NCBI GenBank assembly: GCA_964016885.1
Contig: OZ024742.1
Span: 145,638,001 to 145,702,000 of the forward strand
Length of the DNA: 64,000 nt
Source: Eledone cirrhosa
Taxonomy: Eukaryota
Direction of reading: 5' to 3'
Shown: positions 11,638 to 24,586 of the stretch, piece after piece
How positions within the stretch are numbered: position 1 is the first letter of the stretch
Layout of the letters: every line of letters begins with the position of its first letter
Program-made: the position numbers and the translations under genes
The notes under the pieces: generated by a model
The model's database searches: none
Seen by the model: only the letters and a program-made list of their open reading frames with translations
Told to the model about the DNA's origin: nothing

Positions 11638-12748
11638 AAATTATGTTTGTACAAGTTGAAAACATTTATGTATACATATATATAAATTTATATATACAAC
11701 TTGTACATGTACACAGATATGGACACTACCAGGTATATATATTGAGTGAGTGTGAAAGACCAAAGGTCATTATTGAAAGTCTCTGGAGGTGTATACTTTT
11801 TATTGGAGAAGGTAAGACAATATACTATACATTCACAATTATTTAAAAATTCAATTATAACATTCTCTATTAACATTTAGTATTTCCTGTATACTGCCAG
11901 TAATATGTACAGTATATATACACTATAATTGGTAAAAAATACACATTTTTTCCTACAAAAATTTGATTGCACTGTTTTGTTTTCACTTATGTAATTTTTG
12001 AAAATGTTATTTATTCATTATAAAAATTAAACGATAGCATTCTATATGTGTGTGGTCCTCCTTTATCTCCTGGCAACCAATATTTTTAGATCCAGTCCGC
12101 CATTGGCTACATACTTATTCTAAGGGATTAAAGAAAATGGGATGAGTGAAAAAAGGTGAGAGCCAGATAAACAAGGAGAGAGTGGAAGAAGGAGAAAGAA
12201 AGAAAGGAAGAGGAAGAGAAGGAGGAGGAGGATAAAGTGAGAACAAAGAAGAAAAAGAAAGAAGAGAGAGTTAAGGTCATGCAAATAAATAGATAATTGT
12301 TTATCATCAGAATGTAGCAGTACTTTATATGGAGAGTAACAGTAGAAAATGCACACAGAAAATAAATTACATAAGACAAATAGGTAACTGCATATCTACT
12401 TCATCAACCACCTGGTTGCATGCAATGTTGAACCTAAAGGTGACATTGCACATGTAATGTCAATTAGTACACAGATATATATGGGCAAATTGTCATTACA
12501 TATGCAATATCTTGCATATATCAATATGCACATACATATATCAACATGTACATACATATTGATATATGTATATATGTGTGTATGTGTGTATGTATGTATG
12601 TATGTATGTATGTATGTATGTATGGAGTTAAGGTAAAGCAAGGGTGATATGAAATCACTACACCAGTGTTATAATTACTATGGCACTGCTATTTCCTCAA
12701 AGTGCTTTCGTGTATCTATTTTATAGAACCATGGCTATGTATATATAC

Positions 12749-12800
<52 letters not shown>

Positions 12801-12864
12801 TTACCATACACAAAAACAAGATTGTGTAGGACAGGACAAACGAGAGGCACAAAATAAGAAATAA

Positions 12865-12907
12865 GTCACTGAGGAGGTCACATAATGTGTGACGAAAGAA
12901 CTTTGAC
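12865..12907 (+). ncRNA. Minimal type I hammerhead ribozyme motif
   Basis: GTCA-CTGAGGA-GGTCACATAATGTGTGAC-GAAA-GAAC-TT-TGAC. Intact core, stems I and II paired, minimal stem III. Confidence 0.7.
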
Positions 12908-13095
12908 AATACATAAACAACCATCTGGTTATTGAACCAACTAACTGGAAATTTATAATAAATTGACATGAAAACCAGCAGAGGCGTGTGATTTTATTGG
13001 CAGCATCACCCTCCCAAAGTATAACAATATCTCTTTCAGACAAGAAATCTTGCAAGACAAATTCAGAAAAGAAGTATATATATATATGTATATAT

Positions 13096-14207
13096 CATCA
13101 TCATCATCATCAACGTTTAACATCCGTGTTCCACGCTTGCATGGGTTTGGACGGGGGTAGTCCCACTTGAGGCAAGAGTGATTGTCTTGCTCGCATAGGA
13201 CTGTCTGGCAGGTTTTCTACAGTTGGATGCCCTTCCTAACACCAACCACATTTACAGTGTGGGGCTGGGAGGTTTTTACCGTGTTGCCTACATGGCCACA
13301 TTACAGCGTGGACTGTATGTTTTTTTGTCGTGACACCTACACGATCTCATTTGTTTCGGCCTGGATGGTGTGGCACCAACACAACTTTACATAGAACGGG
13401 GTGGCGTGGATGGGTTGGGGGTGGTGGGACGGGGGGGGGGGGGGGTATTTTGTTAGATGCCTACTGGCTGTAGTAGGTTTTACTATGTATTTAGGTAAGG
13501 CGGGTCTTCTCTGTTACTGAGTACCGCCAAAGGTCTCGGTCCAGTGACATTGTCTTGGAGAGGTGTAAGTGTGTGAGGTCGGAGTTTATCAGCTCGTCCC
13601 AGGTTTTTCTAGGTCTGCCTATTCCGTGGCTACCGTCTATCTTTATTGCCCTGCACTTTGTTTATACAGCTATCGACTTTCATGCGCATCACGTGTCCAT
13701 ACCAACGTAGCCTTCTCTCGAGTAAACAACATCTGATCCCTCTTATTTCTATTTTTTTCCTTAGTCGTTTATGCTTTGCCGTTCACGTATATTACTGTTA
13801 CACATCCAGCGGAGCATGCAAGCTTCGTTCCCTCTCTAGTCTGCGTATATCCTCTGCACACAATGCCCAGGTCTCACTGCCATGCAACATTGCTGTTCGT
13901 ATGCAGGCATCGTACAACTGCCTTTCATTTTTAGGGAGAACCCTTTAGCAGCTAATAGTGGTATAAAGCTCTCTGAACTTTTTCCAACCAGTTCTGACTC
14001 TAGCTACTGTACTTTCAGAGCCACCCTCCCCCACTGCTGATTTTATCACCCAGGTAACGGAAACTGTCCACTATTTCTATAGAACCCTCTGCGCAATTGA
14101 AAGAGCTAGTATTTTGTGGGCACTTGCTGCTACTTATTGCACCAGAGCACCGGCCACATGTAAAATCTATGTTCTTAGTTAGCTTACCTGTGATCCCACT
14201 ACATCTT
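13096..14207 (-). mobile_element. 5'-truncated RTE LINE (young family) with frameshifts
   Basis: Near-identical to 33407-34530; (GAT)n tail; CSGITGKLTKNIDFTCGRC...SFRYLGD. Confidence 0.9.
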
Positions 14208-14244
14208 ATGTATATATATATATATACATACACACACAGATATA

Positions 14245-14341
14245 CAGGGTGTCCAAAAAAATGTATACACACTCCAACAACATTCTAATAAATATTGTCT
14301 GTACAGGTAATCAAAATGTGTATACATTTTTTGGGGACACC

Positions 14342-14344
<3 letters not shown>
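14245..14344. mobile_element. Tc1/mariner-type MITE (~100 bp)
   Basis: TIRs CAGGGTGTCCAAAAAAATGTATACAC and GTGTATACATTTTTTGGGGACACC, flanked by TA. Confidence 0.7.
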
Positions 14345-14382
<38 letters not shown>

Positions 14383-14387
14383 TATTA

Positions 14388-14424
<37 letters not shown>

Positions 14425-14428
<4 letters not shown>

Positions 14429-16018
14429 GTAAACATTTTTTTACTATCCTAGAGAAAAACTTCCTGCCAAACCATAAATACCATCAAATTTTAAATAGAT
14501 CAACTGTCAAATTTTCCTACTCCACTACCAAAAATATACAACAAAATATAAGTGCGTACAACGCATATAAATGTAAAAAAACACACGAATATACCACCAA
14601 CACATCAAACCAACCATAATACTAAAATAAACCGCAAAAAACCACCATCTCCTTCCCATATAACAAGTCAAGTAAATTCCACACCAAATTTGACTAACTC
14701 CTCTGATATAATATTCACGAATGGTTGTAACTGTAGAAACAAAAGAAATTGCCCATTAAAGGGAAATTGTCTTATTAATAACATAGTCTATAAATGTAAA
14801 ATTAGCACTAAGGACTCCACTTATTCATATATAGGAGCTACGTCTAACCCATTTAAAGTAAGATTTAATACCCACAAACATAGTTTTAAAAATGCCGCAT
14901 TAGCTAATACAACATCCTTGGCTGAAATAATTAATAATTATAGAAAAAAGAATATCGATTACAACCTGACCTGGAGTGTGCTCAAAAGAGCCACCCCATA
15001 TCAAAATAACAGATATGAGTGTAGATTATGCTCTCAGCAACTTTTTGAAATAATGAAATCTAAGGATATCCTATTAAATAAACGACAAGAATTAATTATA
15101 TCTTGCAATCATATAATTAGAAGAACCTTCAAATATTATAAACCTAATTAATATACACCTTACATTTATATTTTACATATTATTATAATTAGTTTTTTTA
15201 ATTTAGTTAACCTATAATTAGTACTTTACTACAGAGAACTTCATAATTTTATTTCCCTCTTACAGCTCTCTTTTCCTAAAATTAATACCTAAAAGTATAC
15301 ATATAAATTAATTTAATTTCCTGTTATGAATCCAGATTCCTTGTAGTTTATATAAGATTGGTATTTCTCACTACTATCCTTATCCCAAAATTTTATTTTC
15401 CTTCGTTTTTAACAACATTCTTTAATAACATCTAATTCTTATTTATCAAATCCATATGAATTAATATAAATTTATCCCTATAAGTATACCTATCAAATAA
15501 TTTAGTTTCTTGTTATAGATCTAGATTCCTTGTGGTTTAAATAAGATTGATATATCTCACTAATACCCTTACCCTAAAATTTTACTTTCCTTCGTTTTTA
15601 ATATTCTTTAATAACATCAAATTTTCGTGTACCCTTCACCGGCTTGACCTCTTTTCATCCCCAAAGTATTCTTCCCATTCAAAACACAAGTCTGCACTTC
15701 TCTACCCCTAAATTAAATTTCTACTACTACTATTCTATCAACTTGACCTCTTACTACTTTTCTATTGGTCAATTCAAAACCTGTTCTCAAACAGACCTAT
15801 TATATTAAATCTTTGTTGGTTTTTTTCAATAAACAAATCTCATCATTTCTGAAGACAGCATATATATGTGAAGGTATGTATATTTCCTCTGATAGTTTGT
15901 AATATTTTTACATAGATCTATATGATATACACATATATATCCTAGAAACGATCGTAAAATGATGAATTTTTAATATAAGGAATTTGTTTTTTGTTTTTAT
16001 TCATTGTTTTTATTAATT
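14425..16018 (+). mobile_element. 5'-truncated Penelope-like element 1: RT thumb, Cys-rich linker, GIY-YIG endonuclease (ORF 14552-15151), pseudo-LTR
   Basis: CNCRNKRNCPLKGNCLINNIVYKC...YIGATSNPFKVRFNTHKHSF...CRLC...LLNKRQE...CNH; bounded by microsatellites. Confidence 0.85.
15840..15965 (+). ncRNA. Type I hammerhead ribozyme with long stem II in PLE pseudo-LTR
   Basis: Stem I TCATCATTT(15840-48)/AAATGATGA(15957-65); CTGAAGA 15849-55; ATATATATGTG/CACATATATAT; GAAA 15945-48; palindromic CGATCG; GUA cleavage triplet. Confidence 0.8.
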
Positions 16019-16023
16019 TATAT

Positions 16024-16114
<91 letters not shown>

Positions 16115-16119
<5 letters not shown>

Positions 16120-17074
16120 AAGATGAATATAAAATGAAAGTGCTTTTTTTAAAAAGGAACTTATTAGGTATTGACATATGTTTCTGTAACAGACGGAATA
16201 CCTATGTATCGCTGCTTGCGTAATCATATAATGTTAGCAAGTATTCGATAGCAAATGTATAATCAGTTGTCACTTCTTCAGAGATTTTGGATAAATTGGA
16301 TAAAATCAGAAAAATTGAAGCATTTATATTAGTAATAGAGGAAGAAGAGAGGGGATAGTATATGACAGATGGTAATTCAATCTACTGCTAAACAAGTATA
16401 TAAAGGGTTTCTAATGAGAATACCATGAGTAAATGATTCATTTTATCTAAATAAGAATTTTTGGGAGTGCCAATTTTAATCTCTACTTAACCAATTGGAC
16501 AGTGGACAGGGCTGGTCTTTTGGTGTAGTAGTATTAATTATAAAGTGTCAATTGGGGAAGGGGGAGATTTCGATTGCTACTGAATAACATCAATGCTGGT
16601 ATGTGCATTAGGGAATTGAATTAAGAAATCAGAAATCTCATTTTATCTATAGCAGTTTATATTAAATGGTAAATAATAGAAGAGTTGATAGAATTAAGAC
16701 TAATAGAGAATGTTAATATCTATTTTGACAACCAAACGGAGATAGAGACGGGCGTTCAATCCTGGTGGTATTTATAATATGAAAATGTAGATTTTAAGCG
16801 ATGGTTACAGTATAACGATCGCTCTATTCTGTTATTTAATAAAATGTTTTTGGATTTCATAATACAAAATAATTCTACATTACATAATTTACAAAATTCC
16901 TGTCCGTGGGAATATGGGGGGGGGGGGGGGGGGCGCAGCCGCTTATATCCCATTTAAGGTGAAATTGTTGGTTATTTTCACGCAGCTGCCAAGCCTTGTC
17001 TGCGAGTGTTGTTACATAACGCTGGTTTTCATGTTTTATCGAGTAACGATGTCTATAAAGGCGTGATTTGAAGG
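16115..17074 (-). mobile_element. Inverted ~960-bp copy of the 3' part of Penelope-like element 2
   Basis: Reverse complement of ~18110-19071 with few mismatches. Confidence 0.92.
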
Positions 17075-19173
17075 AAGTAACAGATCTTGTGGGAATTTAT
17101 ATCACCCACAGACTACAAGGAAAATTCAAGGATCTCCACGGTGGAATCTACCGTGATGATGCGCTCCTATTAGTTAAGGATATGAATAACCAGAATTTAG
17201 AAAGGATGCGTAAAAATATCAGAAAGCTTTTTAAGGAGCTAGGATTATATTACATTTGAATATAACCACAAAGAGGTCAATTTCCTTGATGTTACTTTGA
17301 ATCTCAATACAGATACGATTAAACCGTTCCATAAACTAAATGAGAACCTTAAATATGTAAATACGAGTTCTAACCATCCACTCTCTATAATTAAATCCAT
17401 CCCTAGAAATGTTTCTCTTAGAATCTCCCGCCTGTCGTCCAACCAACAAACCTTCAAAGAACATGCCGAATATTATGATGATGCACTTAGAAAAGCCGGA
17501 CACCTAGATAATATAGAGTATATAGTCGAAGATCACCAAAACACCCAAAATAAATCCCATATGAGTAGAAATAGCACAGAATCACCACCATACATACACT
17601 ACCGCAATAGACACAATAATAGTCGCACACCACCAAACAGAAGGCGATGTAAAGAGTATATTTGGTACAACCCGGTCTATAACAACTCTATTAAAACCAA
17701 TCTACCCTCACAATTCTTTCGATTAGTTAAAAAACACTTTCCAACATCACATAAATATAATAAAATCTTAAACCCTAACACTATTCGACTTTCATATTCA
17801 ACCGCCCCTAATATTGAACAACATATAAAAAAGCTTAACGCAAAACGGTTGTATAAACGCCTTCCAACACATAACAATACACGTAAAACATTAGCTATAA
17901 CATCACAAAACAACAAACAACATCCTGTCCTACCTAAGCAACCTCATCAACCCATCCATGACAATACAACAACGCAAAATTATAATTGCAACTGTGTCCA
18001 ACCAGGAATGTGTCCGTTGAACAATCAGTGTCTTGAACGCAACATCGTATACAAATGTACTATCGAATCGGATAGACAGAAGTGGTACTATGTGGGATCT
18101 ACAGCCACCTCCTTCAAATCACGCCTTTATAGACATCGTTACTCGATAAAACATGAAAACCAGCGTTATGTAACAACACTCACAGACAAGGCTTGGCAGC
18201 TGCGTGAAAATAACCAACAATTTCACCTTAAATGGGATATAATAGCGGCTGCGCCCCCCCCCCCCCCCCCATATTCCCACGGACAGGAATTTTGTAAATT
18301 ATGTAATGTAGAATTATTTTGTATTATGAAATCCAAAAACATTTTATTAAATAACAGAATAGAGCGATCGTTATACTGTAACCATCGCTTAAAATCTACA
18401 TTTTCATATTATAAATACCACCAGGATTGAACGCCCGTCTCTATCTCCGTTTGGTTGTCAAAATAGATATTAACATTCTCTATTAGTCTTAATTCTATCA
18501 ACTCTTCTATTATTTACCATTTAATATAAACTGCTATAGATAAAATGAGATTTCTGATTTCTTAATTCAATTCCCTAATGCACATACCAGCATTGATGTT
18601 ATTCAGTAGCAATCGAAATCTCCCCCTTCCCCAATTGACACTTTATAATTAATACTACTACACCAAAAGACCAGCCCTGTCCACTGTCCAATTGGTCAAG
18701 TAGAGATTAAAATTGGCACTCCCAAAAATTCTTATTTAAATAAAATGAACCATTTACTCATGGTATTCTCATTAGAAACCCTTTATATACTTGTTTAGCA
18801 GTAAATTGAATTACCATCTGTCATATACTATCCCCTCTCTTCTTCCTCTATTACTAATATAAATACTTCAATTTTTCTGATTTTATCCAATTTATCCAAA
18901 ATCTCTGAAGAAGTGACAACTGATTATACATTTGCTATCGAATACTTGCTAACATTATATGATTACGCAAGCAGCGATACATAGGTATTCCGTCTGTTAC
19001 AGAAACATATGTCAATACCTAATAAATTCCTTTTTAAAAAAAGCACTTTCATTTTATATTCATCTTTTCTACATTTTCTCCGGAATATAATTTATACTCG
19101 TTGAGCAAACCTACATGTACGCTGTTCATCTCTAACGTAACGATATATTATCACTACATTATTGATAACCTGA

Positions 19174-19180
<7 letters not shown>
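17075..19180 (+). mobile_element. 5'-truncated Penelope-like element 2: RT (YRDD), thumb, GIY-YIG endonuclease, pseudo-LTR
   Basis: GGIYRDDALLL in ORF 17068-17259, frameshift, then ORF 17297-18430 with CNC...CPLNNQCLERNIVYKC...YVGST...CKLC...CNH; ends at (AT)n. Confidence 0.9.
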
Positions 19181-19252
<72 letters not shown>

Positions 19253-19253
<1 letters not shown>

Positions 19254-19795
19254 CATCTTCATCATTTTACGTGCGCTTTTCCCTGTTTGCAAGGGTGGGA
19301 TGGGTCCTATTCAGCACAGCATCTCTCCATTCGTCATCTCCTCTGTGAGCTTCAGCAATCTGAGGTCAGCTTTCACCACCTCTGCCCATGATTTTCGTGG
19401 TCTTCCTCTACTGCATCTTCCTTCTACTAGGATTTCTTGGCACTTCTTTACCCAGCAGTCATCCTCCATGCACATCACATGTCCATACCAATGCAGTCTT
19501 CTCTCCCACACACTACACTTATCCCTCTTATACACAGTTTCTCTCTCAACTCGTCTATGCTTGGTTGTTCAGATACATTGACAGTGCACATCCAATAGTG
19601 CTTGCTTGCTTCATTTCTCTCCAGCCATTGCATATCCTCTGCAGTTGCTGCCCATGTCTCACTACCATGCAGCATTGCGCATCTCACACAGGCATCATAT
19701 AACCGGCCTTTCATTCGTAGGGAGAAACCCTTCTATGTCAACAGAGGAAGCAGCTCCCTAAACTTCTTCCAACCCGTCCTTATTCTAGATACTAT
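19253..19795 (-). mobile_element. RTE LINE 3' fragment (related subfamily)
   Basis: KGRLYDACVRCAMLHGSETW and RRLHWYGHV...GRPRKSW. Confidence 0.85.
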
Positions 19796-20594
19796 ATATA
19801 GTTCAAGGAGATAATAAACAAAGGTACAAAATGTCTTAGTTTTATGCTTTATATTGGAAAGAGGAAAGAAAATTCGACATGTCTGGCTTAAGCCCTTCTT
19901 CAGGAGAACAAAATAGAGACAGCATCACAATGGAGATAGTCTTGGTAATGAGTTGGAAGACAAAGTGGAGTGTGTGTGTATTAGTGTCATTGTATGTTTA
20001 ACCGTGTGTGATTTTTAAAGGTATATGGTGTAAAGTAACAAAGATATAATAATTGTTTCTACTTTAGGCCCAAGGCCAGCAATTACCCAGTGCATTACTA
20101 GTACTTTATTTTATCGACCCCGTAAGGATGAAAGGCAAAGTCAACCTCGGCGGGATTAATAATATAATATAATATAATAATTATAATATAATTATGTAGA
20201 GAGAAGTAAAGTAATTGTACGAACCAGATTAAGTAACTGCCACTGCAACTGTACTGACAGTATGAGTAAATGAATATTTAAAAAAAAATACAATGTAACT
20301 TTTGAAAGGTAGCATGTGATATGTTAGATACATTTCAAAGGTCTTACGTAACTGACCTACTCTTAGGCATATTTCAATGTAATTTAGAGTTACGTTCTTT
20401 TTTTATGAACTTAGAATTATTTTTTTAAATCTCAGTAACTTGCCAGGTAAGTATGTTAAATAAATAAAGGTGTTGCCTATGTTAGATTTAACTCATGTTA
20501 CATAATTTCACAATTACGACCTCTAATTTGGGGTTACAGAGTATTATTTTAACCTTTAAAAAAACTTTTAATGATTTAAAAAGTACATATGCTA

Positions 20595-21695
20595 TGTCAC
20601 ACTAACATGGGTTGACTTGGGGCAAACTATATTCTTCCCATAAATTCTCCTCATTCAATAATCTTACATGGTGACACTTCCATGCTACCTTCTTTTCAGT
20701 GTCAGTGAGGACAAGTATGCCATAATCATCTCAGATATACTTCTCCCCACCAACATCACAACTTTCCCTGACACACTGTCTTGTGATCCTGAACACCTTA
20801 TGCTTTTGGTCCTCACTCTACAAAACATGCTTAAATTTTGTATTTTCTGCTTCCCTACTTGCAAGGTATACTTGTTGCCTAACTTCTCTCCAAGCATTCT
20901 GGTAGACTCCTCAACTACCCCCATTTTGCCATTCCTTTTACGCTTGTCCTTTGGCCTTAATTGTCTCATCTACCTTACTATTCCACCACCAAGTCATTCT
21001 CCTTCTCCCTAGAGACCTGCTCCATCTGTGGATTTCATTTGTCGCCTTCAGTAGGTTATCTTTCAGGAACTCCCACTGCTCCTCTATATCGTGTATCTCA
21101 ATTTGCTCTTCCTTACTGTTAAAAGCGTCAATCAACATACTTCTAAATTTGTTACTGCTTGATTGGTCTTTTAACTTCCTTATTCTTCTCCTTCAGGTTG
21201 TCTTCTGTTGACAGGTTCTTCTAGTCCTATCTATAAGGTCACTAACTACAAGGTTATGTTGGGAGGTGCATTCTTCACCAGGGAGTAACTTTGTGTTCAC
21301 AACTGTCACTTTGGATCATCTTCTAGCAAGAATAAAATCTATCTGGCTGGCGTGCTCACCTGATCTATAGGTGATTAAGTGGTTGTCTCATTTTTTGAAG
21401 TTTGTGTTACAATTCTTCATTAACATTGAAGAATTCCAGGAGCCTGAAACCTTTCTTATTTTCAGCGCCAAACCCATAACGGCCATGAATCCCATCAAAG
21501 CCATCGCAATGTTGTCCAACATACCTGTTAAAGTCACCTGCAATGATTATGAGATCGCTGTTGCTTATTTGAGAAGTAGAGTGCATTAGGGACTCATAGA
21601 ACCTGTCTTTTAGTACATCTGACAGTCCAGATTTAGGTGTATATATGCAGATATAATTGTCATGGCTGCCCAATTTTGTACAAGTATAAGTTTAA
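20595..21695 (-). mobile_element. Old RTE LINE endonuclease/linker remnant, duplicated at ~47670-48728
   Basis: IIAGDFNRYVG...GIHGRYGFG and TWWWNSKVDE; same breakpoints as the paralog. Confidence 0.8.
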
Positions 21696-23109
21696 TTAAG
21701 AACACTTCCAGCTGATGTTTGCTGCTTTGCTATAAACATATGAACATCTACAGTAAGTGATCATCATGTGAATTCCTATTTCATACCAGTATATTACTGA
21801 TGAAAGATTAACAAATCTTGAATCAGTGCTGTCTGACATTTTCAGAACATACTGACTACTCAGTGATATATTCAAATAATTTTTTTTTTGTTTCATTACA
21901 AAAGGATATTTTTCTTCAGCAGTGAGGCTACCCATATGTTTGTTGTATTGAAGCATTTTATATATGTTTATATATGTATTCATATACACCTCTATTTATA
22001 AAGGAATACAAACCATGACTGAATAAATTTCAGCAAGATAAACTTGCTATCAGTTATATAGACAATCATATATACACACACACATGCATCTAAATAGATA
22101 CACTTGTTCATTCGATCAAATGACATCTTTACTTAATTTATTCAGCCATAACATTTGAACTGCCTCATGACACATTCACTGGACCAAAACAGCCTTAACT
22201 TTTAGTGCATTTATTTGTTGTATTCTCACATGATCCTAATGTATGGAGGTTGTGGCGAACAAACACATTTCTATGACTGTAATCATCCTTAACTAATGAA
22301 ACTGAATCTTAACATTCAATGCACTGTGGGTGATACACGGTGTCATAAGAGTAATCTCCCCTTGATAGATAATGCAGTGTCAAAGGAAACAACTCTTAAA
22401 AAGTATTAGTGTGCTAAAGATTAAATAGATATCAATTTTAGTTATGTTCTCTCTATGAAAAAGAGGCAAGAAAATTACAATGAATTTCCACAGCAGTCCA
22501 TATCAAAATACTTTTGAAAATCATGAAATTGTGAAACCAGTTAAGTTTATGTAATTAAATATTCTTAAAGATCAAAGGGTACATCCTGTTGAATGAAAGT
22601 TTAATCATTAGAGTGGATGGGGATGAGCAATCTGGGTGCTGTTAGAAGTACATAAGAAGAGGGAGTGGGAGGGGTTGCCAACTCAATGATAGTAAGAACT
22701 GGTATGGAGTGAGATAAGGAAGTGTATAAGAAAGGAGAATAGGGGAATTGGAGGGAGAAAGGAGAGATTATGTGTGCATGTAGAAATGTACAAGCAGTTA
22801 CCTATCCATTTAGCAGTAGGGGGTTGTGTGTAGATATGTATATAGAGTAATGTGTATGTGAGAATTTAGTAATTATGTTTGTGTGATATGTTCAGTCTAA
22901 TAGCCATAACTATATGCTGCAAAACGTTTTGTCTGACGCTCTACCAATTACTGCAAATTCATCACAAATTAATAAAACTCACCCAGAAACATCTTTTTCA
23001 GATTGTCTCATATATTCTTTATTACATATATATAATTTATGTTACATGATGTTGAAGCCTGTAATTTATTAAAGTTTTGTAATAAAAGGTTTATGATTAA
23101 TACCAATAA

Positions 23110-23560
23110 AACTATAATATTCATTCTTTAAGTCTTTTCTTTTACTGGTTTCAGTCATTCAAATGTGGCCATACTGGGGCACTGCCTTGGTTTATTTAGT
23201 CAATCATATTGATCCCAGCACTTATATTTTCAAGTATGGTATTAGTTACTGGACATAAACACAGACACAGTCACAAACATAAACATAGAAACAGACACTG
23301 ACACACACTGACATACACACACATAAACACACACACATGCATACACACATACAAATAGACACATACACACATGCATACATACACACTGGCATACACATAC
23401 ACTGGTATACACACACATGTTCACATACAGACTTCTGCAATTTCTGTCTACAAAATTCCAGTATGTATGGCAGTAATCAATCCAATAAGACACTTACCCA
23501 AGGTGCCATGTAGCAGGAATGAATGTTGGAAAAGACCCATTCAACCCTTGCAAGCACGGT
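23110..23560 (-). mobile_element. Second SINE family with internal (CA)n; paralog at ~53105-53340
   Basis: GGTTTCAGTCATT..GGCCATACTGGGGCACTGCC...CCAAGGTGCCATG shared between both copies. Confidence 0.5.
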
Positions 23561-23956
23561 AAAACAGAGGTAAAAATAATGACGACGATGATGATGATCA
23601 TGTGTCATAATAACAACTTTATAACTGATGTTATAAAAATAAAAATTATTCAAACGTAAGGATAATATGATAAATATCTTTAAAAATATACTCTATAAAA
23701 TTTTTATAATTTTTCATTGATAATTCGTAAAGGAGAAGATTTAATTTAATGTTTGAATATATATTTTTGGTGGAAGTGTAATTTTAATTTGATATTTTGT
23801 ATCATTAGATAACATTCTATACTACATTGAAATATAGAGCTAAATATTAGCTTGGAATTCTCAGTAACTTTTGGTTGGTAAGCATTACAGTGACCAAAAG
23901 TTAAGATTATAACAACACTAAAGGCATATAATTATATATCAATGAAGATATTAAAC

Positions 23957-24336
23957 ATCATCATCATCATCATCGTTTAACGTCCATGTTCCACGCTTGT
24001 ATGGGTTTGGACGGGGGTTTTCCCACTTGAGGCAAGAGTGGTTGTCTTGCTCGCATAGGACTGTCTGGCGGGTTTTCTACAGCTGGATGCCCTTCCTAAT
24101 ACCAACCACATTTACAGTGTGGGGCTGGGAGGTTTTTACCGTGTTGCCTACACGGCCACATTACAGCGTGGACTGTCTGGCGTGTTTTATATAGCTGGAT
24201 GCCCTTCCTAACACCAACCACATTTACAGTGTGGGACTGGGAGGTTTTTACCGTGTTGCCTACACGGCCACATTACAGCGTGGACTGTGTGTTTTTTGTC
24301 GTGACACCTACACGATCTCATTTGTTTCGGCCTGGA
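23957..24336 (-). mobile_element. RTE 3' UTR fragment with internal ~110-bp tandem duplication
   Basis: Matches 13096-13365; GGATGCCCTTCCTAA...GTGGACTGT is present twice. Confidence 0.8.
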
Positions 24337-24476
24337 TTATATTATATGTAATATAAAGATATCTAGTAAAGTTATAACAACACTAAAGTAATATTATATA
24401 TCAAGAAACATATTAAACATAGTATATGTGGTACAAAGGTATCTCTGGGAAAGTTATAACAACTTTGAAATAACAG

Positions 24477-24586
24477 TTAGTACTTTGTACTAAACAATGT
24501 AGACTGCTTATCAAATTTGTCACATTCCACTTGGAATCTCTCATCTTGAGAAACAGTGAACCAGTTCTTCCAGTCTCCAATAACAC
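24477..24586 (-). CDS. Sulfotransferase copy A, exon 5 (GVIGDWKNWFTVSQDE...STKY*)
   Basis: AG acceptor 24588-87; completes RKGxxGDWKN motif and KxxxTVxxxE dimer motif; TAA ends at 24477. Confidence 0.93.

Noticed and set aside
13096-14207. Same insertion as the RTE at 33407, duplicated with the unit
   Set aside because: Tail-side flanks differ, so independent insertions are more likely.
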